64,000 nucleotides of DNA, from positions 1 to 64,000 of the forward strand of contig BDGG01000018.1 of assembly GCA_001949185.1 (NCBI GenBank), read 5' to 3'. Both the position numbers and the translations under genes were made by a program. Positions 52,700 to 64,000 of this stretch are shown here, piece by piece. Every line of letters starts with the position of its first letter. The first letter of the stretch is position 1. The stretch is from Ramazzottius varieornatus. Its lineage: Eukaryota; Animalia; Tardigrada. The notes under the pieces were generated by a model. It ran no database searches and was not told the origin of the DNA. It worked only from the letters and a program-made list of their open reading frames with translations.

Positions 52700-53857
52700 A
52701 AACGGATTATTCTCTGCACACTTGACTCACAATTTCAAATTTCATCTCAGCTGATCTCTGTCTGCACAGTGCTTCACGTTGCGAGATACCGTTTCACGTA
52801 TGGGCTTCTTGATACTTATTAGTGTCGGGGATATCGACAGACAGAGAGAAAACCATGAATTTCAGCCTAGTCAGGAGACTATGTTTACCTACAAACCTAC
52901 CCCGTAAACCTCGCGCATTTCCACTCCCGTTTCCGAGACTTTCGAAAAACGAAATTTTGCCTCACTCACGACTAACTTCCGTTGATCAAGCAAACTCAAA
53001 TTTTCAATCAACCGTTTGCGACATAAACAGCTCGTCGTGAGGAGGACTAATGTATTGTAATCGGATACTAGAAGACAGAGATTGCGGAATGGAGGAACCT
53101 ACTTCCCCCCCCCCCCCCCCCCGCAAGTATATTTCGATGGCCAAACACTGAAATGTGTGTCAGCTATGATATCGATCTGGGCCTTCGCGTATCAGCGTTC
53201 ATCGAGATATGTAGAAACATCTCCGCTGGAATAATCTTAATTCTTTTTTCATAAATCATAAAAGAGGATAAATCGAGAAGCGCCCCTGGTACTTACTTTC
53301 GACCAGATTCAACGATGATATGGTGGTGCAGCGATGGACGGGGTCACGGGTTATTTACCCAGCCGGAACTGCCTGATATCGAAAATTACGCAATTGCCTC
53401 GTGCAATCTGCCACGGGCCGCTTGAACTGGCAACTTTATAATGGGTGTGGAAATTCTGTCCTTACTATTTAACAGACACAATGCTCGAACGACATTCGAA
53501 GCGATTTTTCGAGATTTGAAAAAGGTTGTTTGATTGATTGCCGTTTTCGAGTTGAGCTATACTTGGTGTTGGCAAGCCGCTTTGTGATTTCGGTATTCCA
53601 CTGGGTAAATCGTCCATCCATGGCACTGTTATTTTACTATGCAATTGAAATTATCAAAAGTCACGTGCAGTCTACATGATCAGCTGACTGCAAGTAAAAT
53701 CAATTATTGTTGACAAATTTCCATTATTAAAATTGAAATTCGATCTCCTATTATGGTTCAATCCATCAAGCGAACACCAACCCGCACAATCAAAACGATT
53801 TTAATTATTGAAATCGATTTCCTATTATAATGATTGGAATTACACTGATTCATGCCT

Positions 53858-54272
53858 TAGAGCACTGGGCCGCAGGTCCAAAAGTACGCTGTAACTGTGC
53901 TGCGCACATTACCAGGGCGCTGTACGCTGCACAACTTTCATGCCCAGTGGCCAAGCAGCTGTGCTGCAGACCCACGTTGACCTGATGCAACTGCGCGGAA
54001 CGCCGCCGTATTGACGTGGTTTGTAATTTAGTCTGCGAAATCGGTAGTCAACCTGGAGAACGTTGCCTTAAAGTACGGCAAAGCTGAGACGGCTGACGTT
54101 CGAATGCCCAAAAACTGTAATTTTTGTCAGGTTTCGGTAGGTGCATCTGCGCGGTAGTCTATGGCTTTCTGCTGTATGCTGTGCTGTGCCGCACAAATTT
54201 CGTCAGTTCACGCGTTGCAGCACAGCACAGCTGCAGTACAGTGCAGCGCATGCGGCCAGATTCCGTGCTCTA
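53858..54272. mobile_element. hAT-like MITE with CTGTGCTGC-type subterminal repeats
   Basis: TAGAGCAC...GTGCTCTA termini. The candidate TSD is degenerate (5/8). Confidence 0.6.
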
Positions 54273-54307
54273 CCATGGGTGCGGTGATGTTAGCATAATG
54301 GTATCGC

Positions 54308-54919
54308 TAGGGTTGTTAACGGATGGATCAGACAGTCATCCGGATGGGATCAGATGCCGATCCGGATGGACCCGGATAGCAGTCGGACGGATATAACTCC
54401 CATCCGAATCGGATGCCGATGGATGGGTCTTCTATCCGGATGATCCGGATCTTATCCGGATAAAAACTTGAAGCTTGGCTTAGAAACTTACAGATGACAT
54501 AACGAATTATAATTGTTAAGTTTTGACATTCTGTTGCCGGACAGCATAGACGGTACAATCTGATAATCCTCCGTCAACATAGTCTGCATATACCCAGAAA
54601 TTAAATCCCAAGACCTTAAATGACTAGACAGAGATTGCGTAAAAAAAACTACGCTCAAAAGACAAGCTGGTAGGGAGATTGCGACCTTCTGTCGAGTTAC
54701 CCGCTGGTGTATTGGACTGATTGATTGCGCGTCAGTAGTTTTGGTTCTATCCGGATAGAAAGCCGGATGGATGGAGAGCTCATCCGGATCTCTATCCGTA
54801 TTAACCGGATAGGATCTCTATCCGGTTAATAGCTGGATGGATAGAATGCCTATCCTATCCAACTTCTATCCGTATTCATCCGGATCCATCCGATGTCAGA
54901 TTGGATACTAACAACCCTA
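54308..54919. mobile_element. hAT MITE with ATCCGGAT subterminal repeats
   Basis: TAGGGTTGTTA...TAACAACCCTA. TSD GGTATCGC/GGTATCCC. Confidence 0.88.
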
Positions 54920-54976
54920 GGTATCCCGACCTAATATAATCTTAATTTGATAAACCCGGGGTGTCAGAGTTCCAAT

Positions 54977-55346
54977 AGCTAGACTCAAAGCTGGCGTTTA
55001 CCTAAATTTGGGCCCTTTGTTTAGCTAAACGGACGTTGGGATTGATCAAGCTCGCCAAACAGACCCCGCCCACTCAGTTTAGCTAAACGGATTGAAATCG
55101 TCCATTTAGCTAAACGGAGCCTGTTTATCGCCTCCGTGATGTCGGCATCGTGTGCGAAAATGTTCCACTCAAAAAATTCCCTTCAAAGTTTCTGACGTCA
55201 CAGCCTTTCCTACGTCATTTGGTATGTTAGATTATTTCGGTACTCAGACCTGAAATTTCAATTGATTACGTGATTGGTTGATTTACTTAAACAAACGCCG
55301 TTTTTAAACGACTACTTTTACGTAAACGCCAGCTTTGAGTCTAGCT
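54977..55346. mobile_element. Harbinger-type MITE with perfect 25-bp TIR and AAT TSD
   Basis: AAT|AGCTAGACTCAAAGCTGGCGTTTAC...GTAAACGCCAGCTTTGAGTCTAGCT|AAT. Internal TTTAGCTAAACGG x3. Confidence 0.85.
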
Positions 55347-55729
55347 AATATAATCTTAATACAATATGCGCCGACCACAGAGCATCTAATATAGCGTTAG
55401 TGTATTTGCTTGTGTCGCTAAGTTTTTATTATAATATATTATTATATTTCTGTCAGTTCTAGATCCAAGGGTCAACGTCTGCTTGTTGTTCGGGGAATTC
55501 CCTTCTTTCAAGCCGTTTTCTCAACCGCGAACGCATTGCAGAATCGCGCTGAAATGCATTTTTTTACAGCTCGAATGGCGGGTATGCAACTGAGACCCCC
55601 AAAATCGTAGTCATGCACTCACCAATCAAATCAGCTGCACCAATTAATAAACCGCATCTTGTTCGTTTGTTTACCACACGCGCAGGTGGTTGATGCGTAA
55701 GATCTACTGGCATAAAGCACACTGCGTAC

Positions 55730-58312
55730 AGAAACAGAAATCGGACTAATGTCGTAACGCAGTAAAACTCAACCGCAGAAAATTGTCGTGGATAATGGCC
55801 ATCAGCTGATCAGCTGTTTTACTCTTACACTTCAAAGCTGCTATGCATGGTTACGCGATTTTCTCTCGGGAAAGCCCTGCAATCGTCAGCTCGATATTCT
55901 TTCCGTAAACGTTCCTCGAAATGTCCCAGCCCTTAAAGACCAAGCGGCCTCAGCGATACACCGAAGAATTCTGAAGGATGCGCTGTCTGCTGTTGACAAT
56001 GGAATGGGGCTACGCGAAGCAGCTCGAGTTTTCAAAGTTCCGCGCAAAACCGTCTCACGTTATGTGCAAGATACGAAGGCACGTAGAATGGGTAAAGAAA
56101 GAAAGCTCAACGATTTCGAGGAAGGACTGCTGGTTGATCTGCTCAGGAAATTCGGAAATACCGGATTTCCTCTCAACAAAACCCAGCTGCGCATTTTTGT
56201 GGACGAAATTGGCATTGCGAAAGGTACAGTAGTTTTTCTTGTCGAACGTTTTATAATATTAGTTTCGAATGTTGATCTTTGTCAGGTGTTGGGATAATCT
56301 TCAGTAAGGAATGGCATCGGCGTTTCCTCCAGGAACAGAAAGAAATATCGACTAGCCTAAAACGTTGACAGGAAGAAAGCACGAGAGTGGACTGTTGAAG
56401 GTGCGGAATCATGGATCGAGCGTCTCGGCGGGCTGAATGACCAAGGCTGCCTGTCAAATCTGGAAGGAATTATCGATCTTGATGAATCTGGCTTCGTTCT
56501 GGGTTTTGAAAGGGAGAGAGTTTATGCGGAAAAAGGGCAGAAACATGTGGTTTCATACACAGAAGGCTCAACAAGAGATCAAGTGACAACGCTGTTCTGT
56601 GGAAATGCAGCGGGTCGGATGTTCAATCCTTTGGTCCTGTTCGACAGAGTATTGTATTTGGGCAGCATGTATGACAATACCAAGGACAAGGTCTATGTCG
56701 CAGTCAATCGATCGGGCGTAATGGATCACAAAGTGCTGACGGACTACTTCCGGCAGGAAGTGCTGCCGAATGCTCCCGACAAAGCTCTGCTGGCAAATAA
56801 AAAATCCACGTTATCAATTTATTTTGTGGCTCTTTTTCAGTGTGTTGTGCTTATCGATGGTCACTATAGTCACGTCACAAACATACAGCTCTTCAAGCTT
56901 TGTATCGAGTCCGGTAAATTTGTATGTCTCATAAGTCTACCTTCCGGTCAGACGGACAAGCTACAACCGCTAGATAGCTGCCCATTAGAAACCATGAAAC
57001 CGAAGTGGACGGCTTACAAGTCCTTCCATCGTATCAACCCGCAATGTGAAGTAAGACTAAATTATTGCAGTCTGTTTATAAAAATTAACTCATGGACAAG
57101 ACTTTGATACAGGGACGTACCGAGGTCCCTAAAAGGTCCGCGATTTGGCCGTTTTCCTACGAAGTTTTCATGGATTATCAGTCAGGGTTGTGCCGGGTAC
57201 GGGTCTGACAGGCAACTTCGTAAAAAAAGGGCCAAATCGCGCACGTTTTAGGGACCTTGATACGACCTTGTTTTGATACAATAGTTCTGACTTTCAGATT
57301 ACTCGGAACACCTCCCCAGGAGTTTTGGCGGAGCTGTGTACTCCAGGAGCCAGCATGTTTTCCTTCGAGTTTGAAGCGTCATTGAAGAGTGGTTTCCGCA
57401 AGACTGGTGTCTTCCCTTTTTCCCCTGACGTCATTCCTAGAACGGTCGATAAAGAGCTAATCAAGTACGATGAACCTTCCTTACCAGTGTTGGACAGAGA
57501 AAGTTTCCCGAAGAAGAAAGTAGCAGCCATCTTACGTGCCGACAAGGTGAAAATGGATGACGCCATGGTCGAAGCAAGCCTTGAGTCGATCGACCACATT
57601 CGGTCCGATTACAAAAGCGTAGCGAATATGGTTCTGTCTGCTGCAGGCAAGGCGTTCGCTTTTTCTAAGCCGAAAAAGCAACGGAAGGCGAAAGATACGC
57701 GGGTTGCGCTGGAAGCAGGCAGAAATATGCTTAGCAGTGAGTATATGGAGGTGATTGAGCAACTTCTGAAATTGCGAAAAGAGCCGAGCAAAAATACACC
57801 GAAGTCCCGTGGAGGGACGAACAGAAAAGGGATGGCCCGCGAACCTTCGCCGTCTGCTTGCCTTCCAGTACCGGATATTCCTTCCAAATCTGAACCGAAG
57901 TCCATGCCTAAGAAAAGTCGCAAAAAGAAAGTGTGCTCACCTGAAGAACCTTCCGCCTGCCCTTTGTCGAATGCTGATGTGGGTACGCTCGTACCAGCTC
58001 CTCCAAAGAAACGTATTGAGTCGAAGAAAGTGCAGTAGGTTCGCTTCGCTGGTTGTGACGACTTTGATTTCTGATTGTGATTGTAAACAGAGATTTCATA
58101 TCTGGAGTATCTTGTTTTCGTATGTGCTTATGGCGGGCTTGTTCCGGCAAAAAAGAATTTCAATAAAAGTGTCATGCTTCGAGCTGCTCGTTCCGATACC
58201 CAGCACGAACGTGCAGCAGTACTACCAGTAGTGCTCTTTTTTACACGAAGCAAGAGACTCCTGCCCGTGCCGCCGTAGCGAAACGGCCTGGCCCAAACTA
58301 TCCCACCGTGTG
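55730..58312 (+). mobile_element. pogo-like DDE_1 transposon with introns, degenerate; left TIR missing
   Basis: LREAARVFKVPRKTV, GFPL, DESGF, VTTLFCGNAAG, LIDGHYSH, LPSGQTDKLQPLD, GFRKTGVFPFSP. Right end ..GGCCCAAAC..CCGTGTG|TA. Confidence 0.9.
57110..57270. mobile_element. 161-bp fold-back MITE (P-element-like termini) in an intron of the pogo transposase
   Basis: CAGGG..AGGTCCCTAAAA..GCGATTTGGCC..TACGAAGTT mirrored at the right end (..CCTTG). Flanks CTTTGATA/TTTTGATA. Confidence 0.8.
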
Positions 58313-59061
58313 TACGTCTTGGAAACGCTCTGTACCTTCCCCAGATTTTTCGGAATTTTTCTGATTATGTCATATGTAATGTCACATGTCATGTCATATG
58401 ACATACAACATATCATGTGCACTAACGTCACATTACGTGGTCTATGCATCAACGTTTTCTGTTACCAGCTGGGGTGCACGACATTTAGTTACATGCCGTG
58501 TCTCCCTGAAGTTAAAGCTCTCCTCTAGTCTCGCTGAGACTGCCGTCGACGCATTTCAAGCAATCAATGGAAAATGCGTACCGCAGAAGTGTAGAAGCGG
58601 TAGATTTCGGATACATTGGTGAATTTGTCTTCCATGACGTGAGCGCTTCGCAGCTGGTATCGAAGGCGCAGTTCTACGGGCCAACTTCCCAACAGCCAGT
58701 TGCACCAGGAGTATCCTCCTAGCCTGGCACTTTGAGAATCTTTGCGCCGTTCTACCTTGCGGAATGTCTAGAGCCATATGTCTGTTCTAAACCCCAAAAT
58801 TGCCAGCTTGTCCTTCGCGCCTTCCTTCTCCTTCAGCAAGACAAGATGCTTTCCTGACATTGGCACAACCTTTCCTAGCCTGGCAAGAACTTGCACCACC
58901 ATCCCACTACTAACGGTCCAGCTTGACCAAACTACGGACGAGCAGCCGAGCTGGTTGGTCCTTGATTTCTTGTTTCATCATGGGTTTTTCCCGTTCAGCA
59001 AGCAGTTGTACTCTGCTTGTCGTAGGTACTTTCACCGACCCTGCAAGCCTAGATAACAGAA

Positions 59062-61022
59062 ATGGGCTATCCCTCCTTCTACGAAGGAGCTGAGAAGCTG
59101 CTGGAGATGTCTTTCGGGCTGGGCAACAAGAAGGAGGAGGATGGGGCCAAGCCCAACGACTTGCGGGCCATTCCACGGTGAGGCATATCTCGATTGTCCA
59201 TGACGTCATGAGAGCCACTGCCCACCTCGTTGACGTTAAGCTGGGCAGACCAAGGCGCCATGACGTCGCCGCGTATTTCATGAGGGGTGTCTGCTTCGCT
59301 GTCTGATTCATGCTGCGCACAGCTCTGGGTTGTGTAGCCGTCACTCTGCGCCAATTGAGGAGGGCAGTGGTGGCTTTACGTAATTCCCTTGATATACATT
59401 TGTACTTGCACCTCCGCTTCCTTGTCAAGTTCGGACCAAGATATCTCGTCTTGGTTTATTTCTTTTGACTTGTCACTGCCACATAGTGCACTTGGAATTG
59501 TGGGCTGTCTGCCTGCGTTGCAGACAGCTAAATGTAAGTTGATTGGCGGCGCGTGCTTGGCAGAGAAGAATGACGGCATCAGCGGAAGAGTGTCGTTGTT
59601 TGAGATATGGATTTGAGTTGGCTGAGTGACAAGGGTATGACAGACTTGACATTAATGCGTCGTTGTGTGTTGCAGCGAAGAGCTGGAGGGCTTGTTGGCT
59701 GGAATCGGGGCGGAAATCGTCAGCGACATGGCCACCAAAGAGACGCACGCTTACGTTTTGAGGTAGACCTCCTCAGACCATAGGCTTGAGCCAAGGTCCG
59801 CCGTCATCAAGCAAAGTGCAATCCCTCAAAAGACATCTTGTGTTAGGGCTCTGTGATATGTATATAATGATAGGCTGAAGGAAGGCCAGTGCTAATTGTC
59901 ATGGTCTTTGCAGTGAAAGTAGCATGTTCATCAGGCAGCAGGCCATCATCTTTAAGACGTGCGGTACGACCCAGCTGATCAAGGCCATCCCCCTCCTCCT
60001 CAAGCTCGTCCAACGCTACACTTCGCTGGGTCAAATTCAAGTAAGCTCAACGATACAATGAATTAAGAAATCTGGGCAAACATATGCACAGACATTTTTG
60101 ACGGCGACTCTGTTGAAAAGTGGCCAAAGAGCTTTGTGAAGCGAAAGTGCAAGTTGATGAGACTTGAAAGTCATGTTGGATGTTGTGACGCAGGAGTTGT
60201 ATTACTCGCGGAAGGAGTTTCTGCGTCCGGAGCTGCAAGAGGCGCCGTACCAGTCCTTTGCTGGCGAAGTGAAGGAGCTAGAGGTGGACTTTGAGGGGCA
60301 AGCGCACTATTTTGGCCAGGGCGATCGACGTTGGTACGTCTACGTCTTTGAGGGCGGCGCAAGCCAGGCCAAGAAGAAGAAGGGGAAGAGGCAGGCGCAA
60401 GACTGTCTGGAGCTGATGATGGAGGAGCTGGAGCCGCAAGTGATGGCCATCTTTAGCAAGGCGCACTGCAACTGCGCTCTGCAGGCTAGGCAGGTACAGT
60501 GCCAACCTTGCTTTAACAAAAGCCTTACTGCTCCTCTTTCTTCAGCTGGTCGTTTGGGCTGTGTAGAAGTCGGGTATTGATGGGATAGTGGCGGGTTTGG
60601 CTATCGACGACTTGCTCTTTGAGCCCTGCGGCTACTCGATGAACGGCCTGATGGACGATGGGCGCTACGCCACTATCCACATTACGCCGCAAGAGGCCTA
60701 CTCCTATGTCAGCTTCGAGAGCGACGCTGTCCACCTGCCCCATAGCCAGCTGATCCGCCGGGTCTTGGACGTCTTTCGACCGCGAAAGTTCATCTGCACC
60801 ATCTACACAGACAGGTCGCGCCCAGCGGTAGGTGCCCAATGTGCAAATGACCAAGCCTCTGATACAGCAAGACATCGATGTCAACTTGTTTAGGCCAGTA
60901 CTGGGGATATGCGGGAGGAGGCGACGGGTTCCTTGGAGGGCTTCAGGCTGATGGATGCGCAGACGCTGACGTTGCGCCACCACCGCCTGACCTACATGGC
61001 CTTTGTCCGAGATATGACCTGA
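59062..61022 (+). CDS. AMD1: S-adenosylmethionine decarboxylase proenzyme, 6 coding exons
   Basis: FYEGAEKLLE, AYVLSESSMF (cleavage site), FKTCGTT, FEPCGYSMN, TIHITPQ..SYVSFE. Exons 59062-59177, 59676-59762, 59914-60040, 60194-60493, 60567-60827, 60894-61022. Confidence 0.96.
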
Positions 61023-61706
61023 CGCTGCCTGCCAAAATGGCCGGCCTGCTCTCTCTAGGCCTTTCCACCATTGGCCCACTCATCACTGCCAAGCTTTTTA
61101 ACCGCGCTTTTGCTTGTGCCACTTGTTCAAGCCAATCTTTTCACCAAGTTTCTCCTCGGCATTTGGCCTGTTGACGCTTGACAGTAGACATTGTTAGGTC
61201 ATGGACAGTCAAAAGAAGTGTGATACTGTTGTGTAGCTGTCTGGTGGATGATGGAGGCAGGCCTGAGGAGGGGTCCACTACAGGGGCGCTCTGGCCTTTC
61301 CTTGGCCGAGAAGGCTAACAAAGGCCGCCACCTCCGGCGAGCAATTTTCCATCGCCTTACAGCTGCAGCCCTTTTGCCAGCTCTTGTATCCACTGCTTGG
61401 TCAGCCATGTTTACATGGGACATATGCCATTGCTTCATCAATGGCCTACTTCCTACTGGCTGGAGACTGCCGGCTGCCCAACGACCAAATACAGCCACAA
61501 GTCTGACTTCATCCCACTAGCTGGTCACAAGCCACAAACCAGCCCCCAACGGCAGCTGCACAGATAGTACATGGTGACATTGAAAAATAGAGCATGTGGA
61601 GATAGCAAACAAAGAGGGAGGGGAAATGGCCAGGACAAGAACGCAACAGGCAACCCCAGCTCATCTCCACATTGTGCAAGGAGAGAGAGAGGGTCAAAGG
61701 GGCACA

Positions 61707-63958
61707 TTAGGCCTCTTCCTCACCGGTCACAACCTCGAAAATGTTGGTCAGCTCATCCAGCAGCGTCTCATAGCGGTAGGCGATACGAATGTCGGGAACA
61801 TTGCTACGGCTGATATCGTTGCCGGCCACGCCCTCGTCCTTGTAGTTGGGGCCCAGCCAGTGCTGCTTGACCGTGTCGGAGAAGCCGCTTTGCAGGACGC
61901 TGTTCTTGGCTAGCTCGCACAAGTCCGTCCCGCTCAACTTCCAAATTTGCGCCGCTATACTGTACTCCTCCATCAGCGGCTCCTACAAGGCGTAGAAAGG
62001 CACGTGTCACACAGCGGGACATGACAGCTTAGCCCAAAGCGGGACGGTATACCTTGGTGAAATGGAACTGTAAAGGGTCATCGGTGGAGAGGGAGACGTT
62101 CAGTCCGCGTAGAAAGTAGTCGCGAAGGGGGTTACGGTTGTAGTCCAGGAACAAGGAGTTGTTACTGAGCGGACTCATGGCGATGCCAATTTGTGATAGA
62201 TAGTAGAGGTACTGCAGCACCGGCACCTGCAAGGAAAGGAGGCCGTGGCCTCAGCACAAGTCTGATAGACGGCAGGCCGTATATGATACTGTACCTTGCG
62301 TAGCATCAGACCGTGGGAGATGCTCTCGCCCAGCATAAAGCCGACAATCATGTGGTTGACCGGACCGGCTTCTCCGCAGTGCGGCCGCAAGACAAAGGTG
62401 TTCATACCGCGGGCCTTGCGCAAATTGTTGAGGGCCACCATGTTGCTGTACATGAAGAAGAGGTAGTAGGCGTAGGGCGGGTTCTCCTCCATCGTCCAAC
62501 CATGGGGGTATGGCGAATTGGCCGTAAACTGAATATGCTCAATCTTGGACTCGTCATCCACCGAATCGAAGGCCCCCACCTAAAGAGCAACCATCAAACA
62601 GTGGCCACCACCAAGCAGAGAAAAGTGGGCAGATGGCTGACGTGTTGCAGAAAGCGATGGAGGTGAGGATGTTTGCCCGGCGTGGTTGTCGCTTCAAACA
62701 GGGGCTGGAAGATGTTGCGGATGACATCCTCGAAGGACGTCACCAGCTTGTTTTCCTTGTAAACATCACTGCCAACAGATCAAGACAGTTGCATGACGTG
62801 CCCACCAGAGGCGCTGTACATACACTAACTTAAGCAATGATAAGAGTGCTGTACTTACTACAAGCGGGGAATTTGGATCATCCAGACATTGTTGGGCGAC
62901 CAGACTTCGTGGTCGATGGCCCACTTGGCTAATCGATCCCACTCATGAATGGATCGACCGTAGATGGACAAGCGTAGTTCGGCGTTCTGGTACTTGCTCT
63001 CCTCCAAGTCCTGCATGACTTCCTACCCGCGCCCCCCAACAACATGTTGACATGTATGCTCAAGGCCCAATATAATTATATGGCCGCGTTGCAGCAGTCT
63101 GCATACAACCGACCCCTTGCCGGTCGGCAGGCAGGCAAGATAGTTATACAGGTGGGTGACCAGCAAGCAGCCGCATCGACACCCTGCAATCTGCGCCCTG
63201 TGCAGTTGGACAGTATGTTCGACGACGGACACACTGTACGACCGATGGTGGAGGACGTTGCATGCAGGTGGCGAACAGAGGGGACATAACTATGAACACT
63301 TGTGCTTACTTTGAGAATGTCGGCAAAGTATCGGCCATTGACGTAGTTGTCCGTCTTAATGAAGATCTCCCGCAGGAGACTCTGGCCGATGGGGTTGTAC
63401 TTGGCGTTGAACTTGTCAAAGCGGTGGAAGGTGTTGCGGTCGGCGTGGACGTCCAGCCGGTCGACGTTGAGATCGTAGGTTGACAAGTTCATGCTCTGAA
63501 AGACCTCCGACAGGGTCATGGGCTGCCCCGACGCCTTATCGATCACCACCTTCTCGTCGGCGTTCAGCCGCATCTGCCGCTTGATGAAACGCAACAGATG
63601 CTTCTGATTCATGCAGGACGATGCGTGAATGTGAGTATCGACCTGTCAATAAAGAGGCCCCCCTTACATACCAATCCATACCCCAACTTCCTGCTCGTAA
63701 TTATCGTATTACAGCGACCCAAGTTAGTATAGGGTAGACCAGTGTGGGGCTCGCTGCAACGTTGACATACATTATCCTCTTCTCGGCTGCTCAATCGGCA
63801 CATGCCTTCTTGTAGAGAGTTGGCCTACCTTGCGAATATTGTAAAAGTCACGATGTGGCACCATCTTTTGCGCTGCAGTTTCTCGATTCTCGTTGAGGTT
63901 AACGTGGAGGAGGAACTTTGACTCTAGGAAGCTCAACTTGCGAAAGCAGAAGGACTTG
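61707..63958 (-). CDS. AMPD: AMP deaminase, 3' exons (5' part beyond the window), convergent with AMD1
   Basis: HRDFYNIRK|[84 protein letters not shown]. Confidence 0.97.
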
Positions 63959-64000
63959 CTGAAAGGAAAGACCGTGTCAGTCTTGGAGCACGTCTCCAGT

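Noticed and set aside
53105-53122. Poly-C/G tracts (also ~15097, 36594, 42117, 46851) as functional G-quadruplexes
   Set aside because: Simple homopolymers with no supporting context.
59178-59675. C/D snoRNA or METTL16 (UACAGAGAA) hairpin in AMD1 intron 1
   Set aside because: Only degenerate box C (ATGACG) and GCAGAGAA matches; no consensus motif.

Overview
Eukaryotic (animal) genomic DNA with compact GT-AG introns of mostly 50-150 nt and two 50-N gaps. Gene content and intron size suggest a small invertebrate genome such as a tardigrade; this is an inference. Apparently intact spliced genes: a secreted protein of four DM13 domains, a protein with two tandem dynein-light-chain-like domains, a secreted non-catalytic type-B carboxylesterase homolog, a small secreted Gly/Arg- and Tyr-rich protein, S-adenosylmethionine decarboxylase (AMD1) and the 3' part of a convergent AMP deaminase. 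Between them is a dense set of transposons: a LINE endonuclease fragment, a Ngaro-like tyrosine-recombinase retroelement, two intron-containing pogo-like elements with derivatives, a Tc4/Tc5-like element, PIF/Harbinger elements, a piggyBac nested in a Mutator-type MITE, and hAT, P-like and Tc1-like MITEs, most with readable TIRs and target-site duplications. There are also decayed gene copies (NMDA-type receptor C-terminus, DOPA decarboxylase N-terminus, small HSP, RCC1 repeat). Best leads: a candidate poison micro-exon, hairpins and uORFs in AMD1; a second spliced gene inside the piggyBac TIRs; and the single-chain tandem LC8-like protein. All family calls come from motif recognition by eye, not database searches.
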